Source: Lama glama (Eukaryota). From it: a stretch of 64,000 bases of DNA. The DNA is taken from positions 1,798,001 to 1,862,000 of the forward strand of contig CM052816.1 in the NCBI GenBank assembly GCA_028534125.1, written 5' to 3'. The notes beneath the pieces were generated by a model that did not search any database, was not told where the DNA came from, and saw only the letters and a list, made by a program, of their open reading frames with translations. Each line of letters opens with the position of its first letter. Positions within the stretch are counted from its first letter, which is position 1. Positions 63,360 to 64,000 of the stretch are shown here, piece by piece. Made by a program: the position numbers and the translations under genes.

Positions 63360-63595
63360 GCAGTATAGTTAAGATTATGGCCTCTGGAGCCAAGCAGACC
63401 TGAATTCGGTCTAAGTTCTGCCACTTCGTTGTGTGACTAGAATCAAATCACGTCACACCAGTTCCCTCACTAGAAAGTGTGGACAACAGTAATACCTACC
63501 TCAGGGAGCTGTTTTGAGGATTAAATGAGTTAAGATGTCTCAAGACCTTAGTATTGTACCCAGGACAAAGAAAGCACTCAATAAAAAGGTAGCAT
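63360..63595 (+). mobile_element. Near full-length MIR SINE
   Basis: gcagtatagttaagattatggcctctggagccaagcagacctg...aatacctacctcagggagctgttttgaggattaaatgagttaa...gcactcaataaa. Confidence 0.9.
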
Positions 63596-64000
63596 TTTGT
63601 TAAAGCACTAATTCAAATAACAGGTCCCAAGCCCCCATAAACACAATATTCATCAAGCCACATGACACAACTTTCAACTGGAGAATGCAAGAATTATACC
63701 TAAACTCTGTCGAAGGGGCTGCAGAATCCAATAGTATATTTAACTGTAGTCCTACATAAACTCTGTGAAATCTTCTGCTGATACATAGGATGGCAATTGT
63801 CTTATAAAATTTTATCAACTTCATTAAAGTTGTTGACTTAAGCCTTCCTACTAAGTCCCACACACAGACACATGTAACACAACTTCCCCGCCCCCATCCC
63901 TTGGAGAGTAACATGGGCTCACAGCAGACTTTAAATAGATAAGAAACTGACCTTTCCTGGGCTATGGTACTGAAATTTTGAGTTTGGTTTCTTTCTTATT

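Noticed and set aside
63600..63914. 104-aa minus-strand ORF
   Set aside because: No recognisable homology or splice support; consistent with chance.
1..64000. CRISPR arrays, operons, rRNA, intact retroviral or transposase genes
   Set aside because: None seen; the window is mammalian non-coding and repeat DNA with no regularly spaced repeat-spacer array or long intact ORF.

Overview
Repeat-rich mammalian genomic DNA from a draft assembly, with three N-gaps at 12432-12931, 19843-19942 and 28070-28569. It is probably camelid (alpaca/camel). This is inferred from two tRNA-derived SINEs and several L1 3' ends that resemble camelid families as I remember them. Most of the window is old eutherian interspersed repeats: MIR, L2, L3/CR1, L1M, MaLR/ERVL LTRs and hAT MER elements. 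I recognise no known protein-coding gene, and nearly all ORFs in the track look spurious. The best-supported unusual items are: (1) a CpG-rich 355-bp solo LTR with TATA box, poly(A) signal and three NRF1-like motifs (14579-14933); (2) a 26-nt tailless U6 snRNA retrocopy with a 14-bp target-site duplication (TSD) (30813-30838); (3) an 82-bp LTR-R-like polyadenylated retrocopy with a 15-bp TSD (55172-55253); (4) a near-consensus CTCF site (20088-20106). More speculatively, two RFX X-box promoter-like clusters (about 40.5 kb and 43.6 kb) and a chain of frame-compatible minus-strand candidate exons could mark an unannotated cilia/testis-type transcription unit. I cannot show a new biological system from the sequence alone. 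Repeat subfamily names and the boundaries of old repeats are by-eye estimates.
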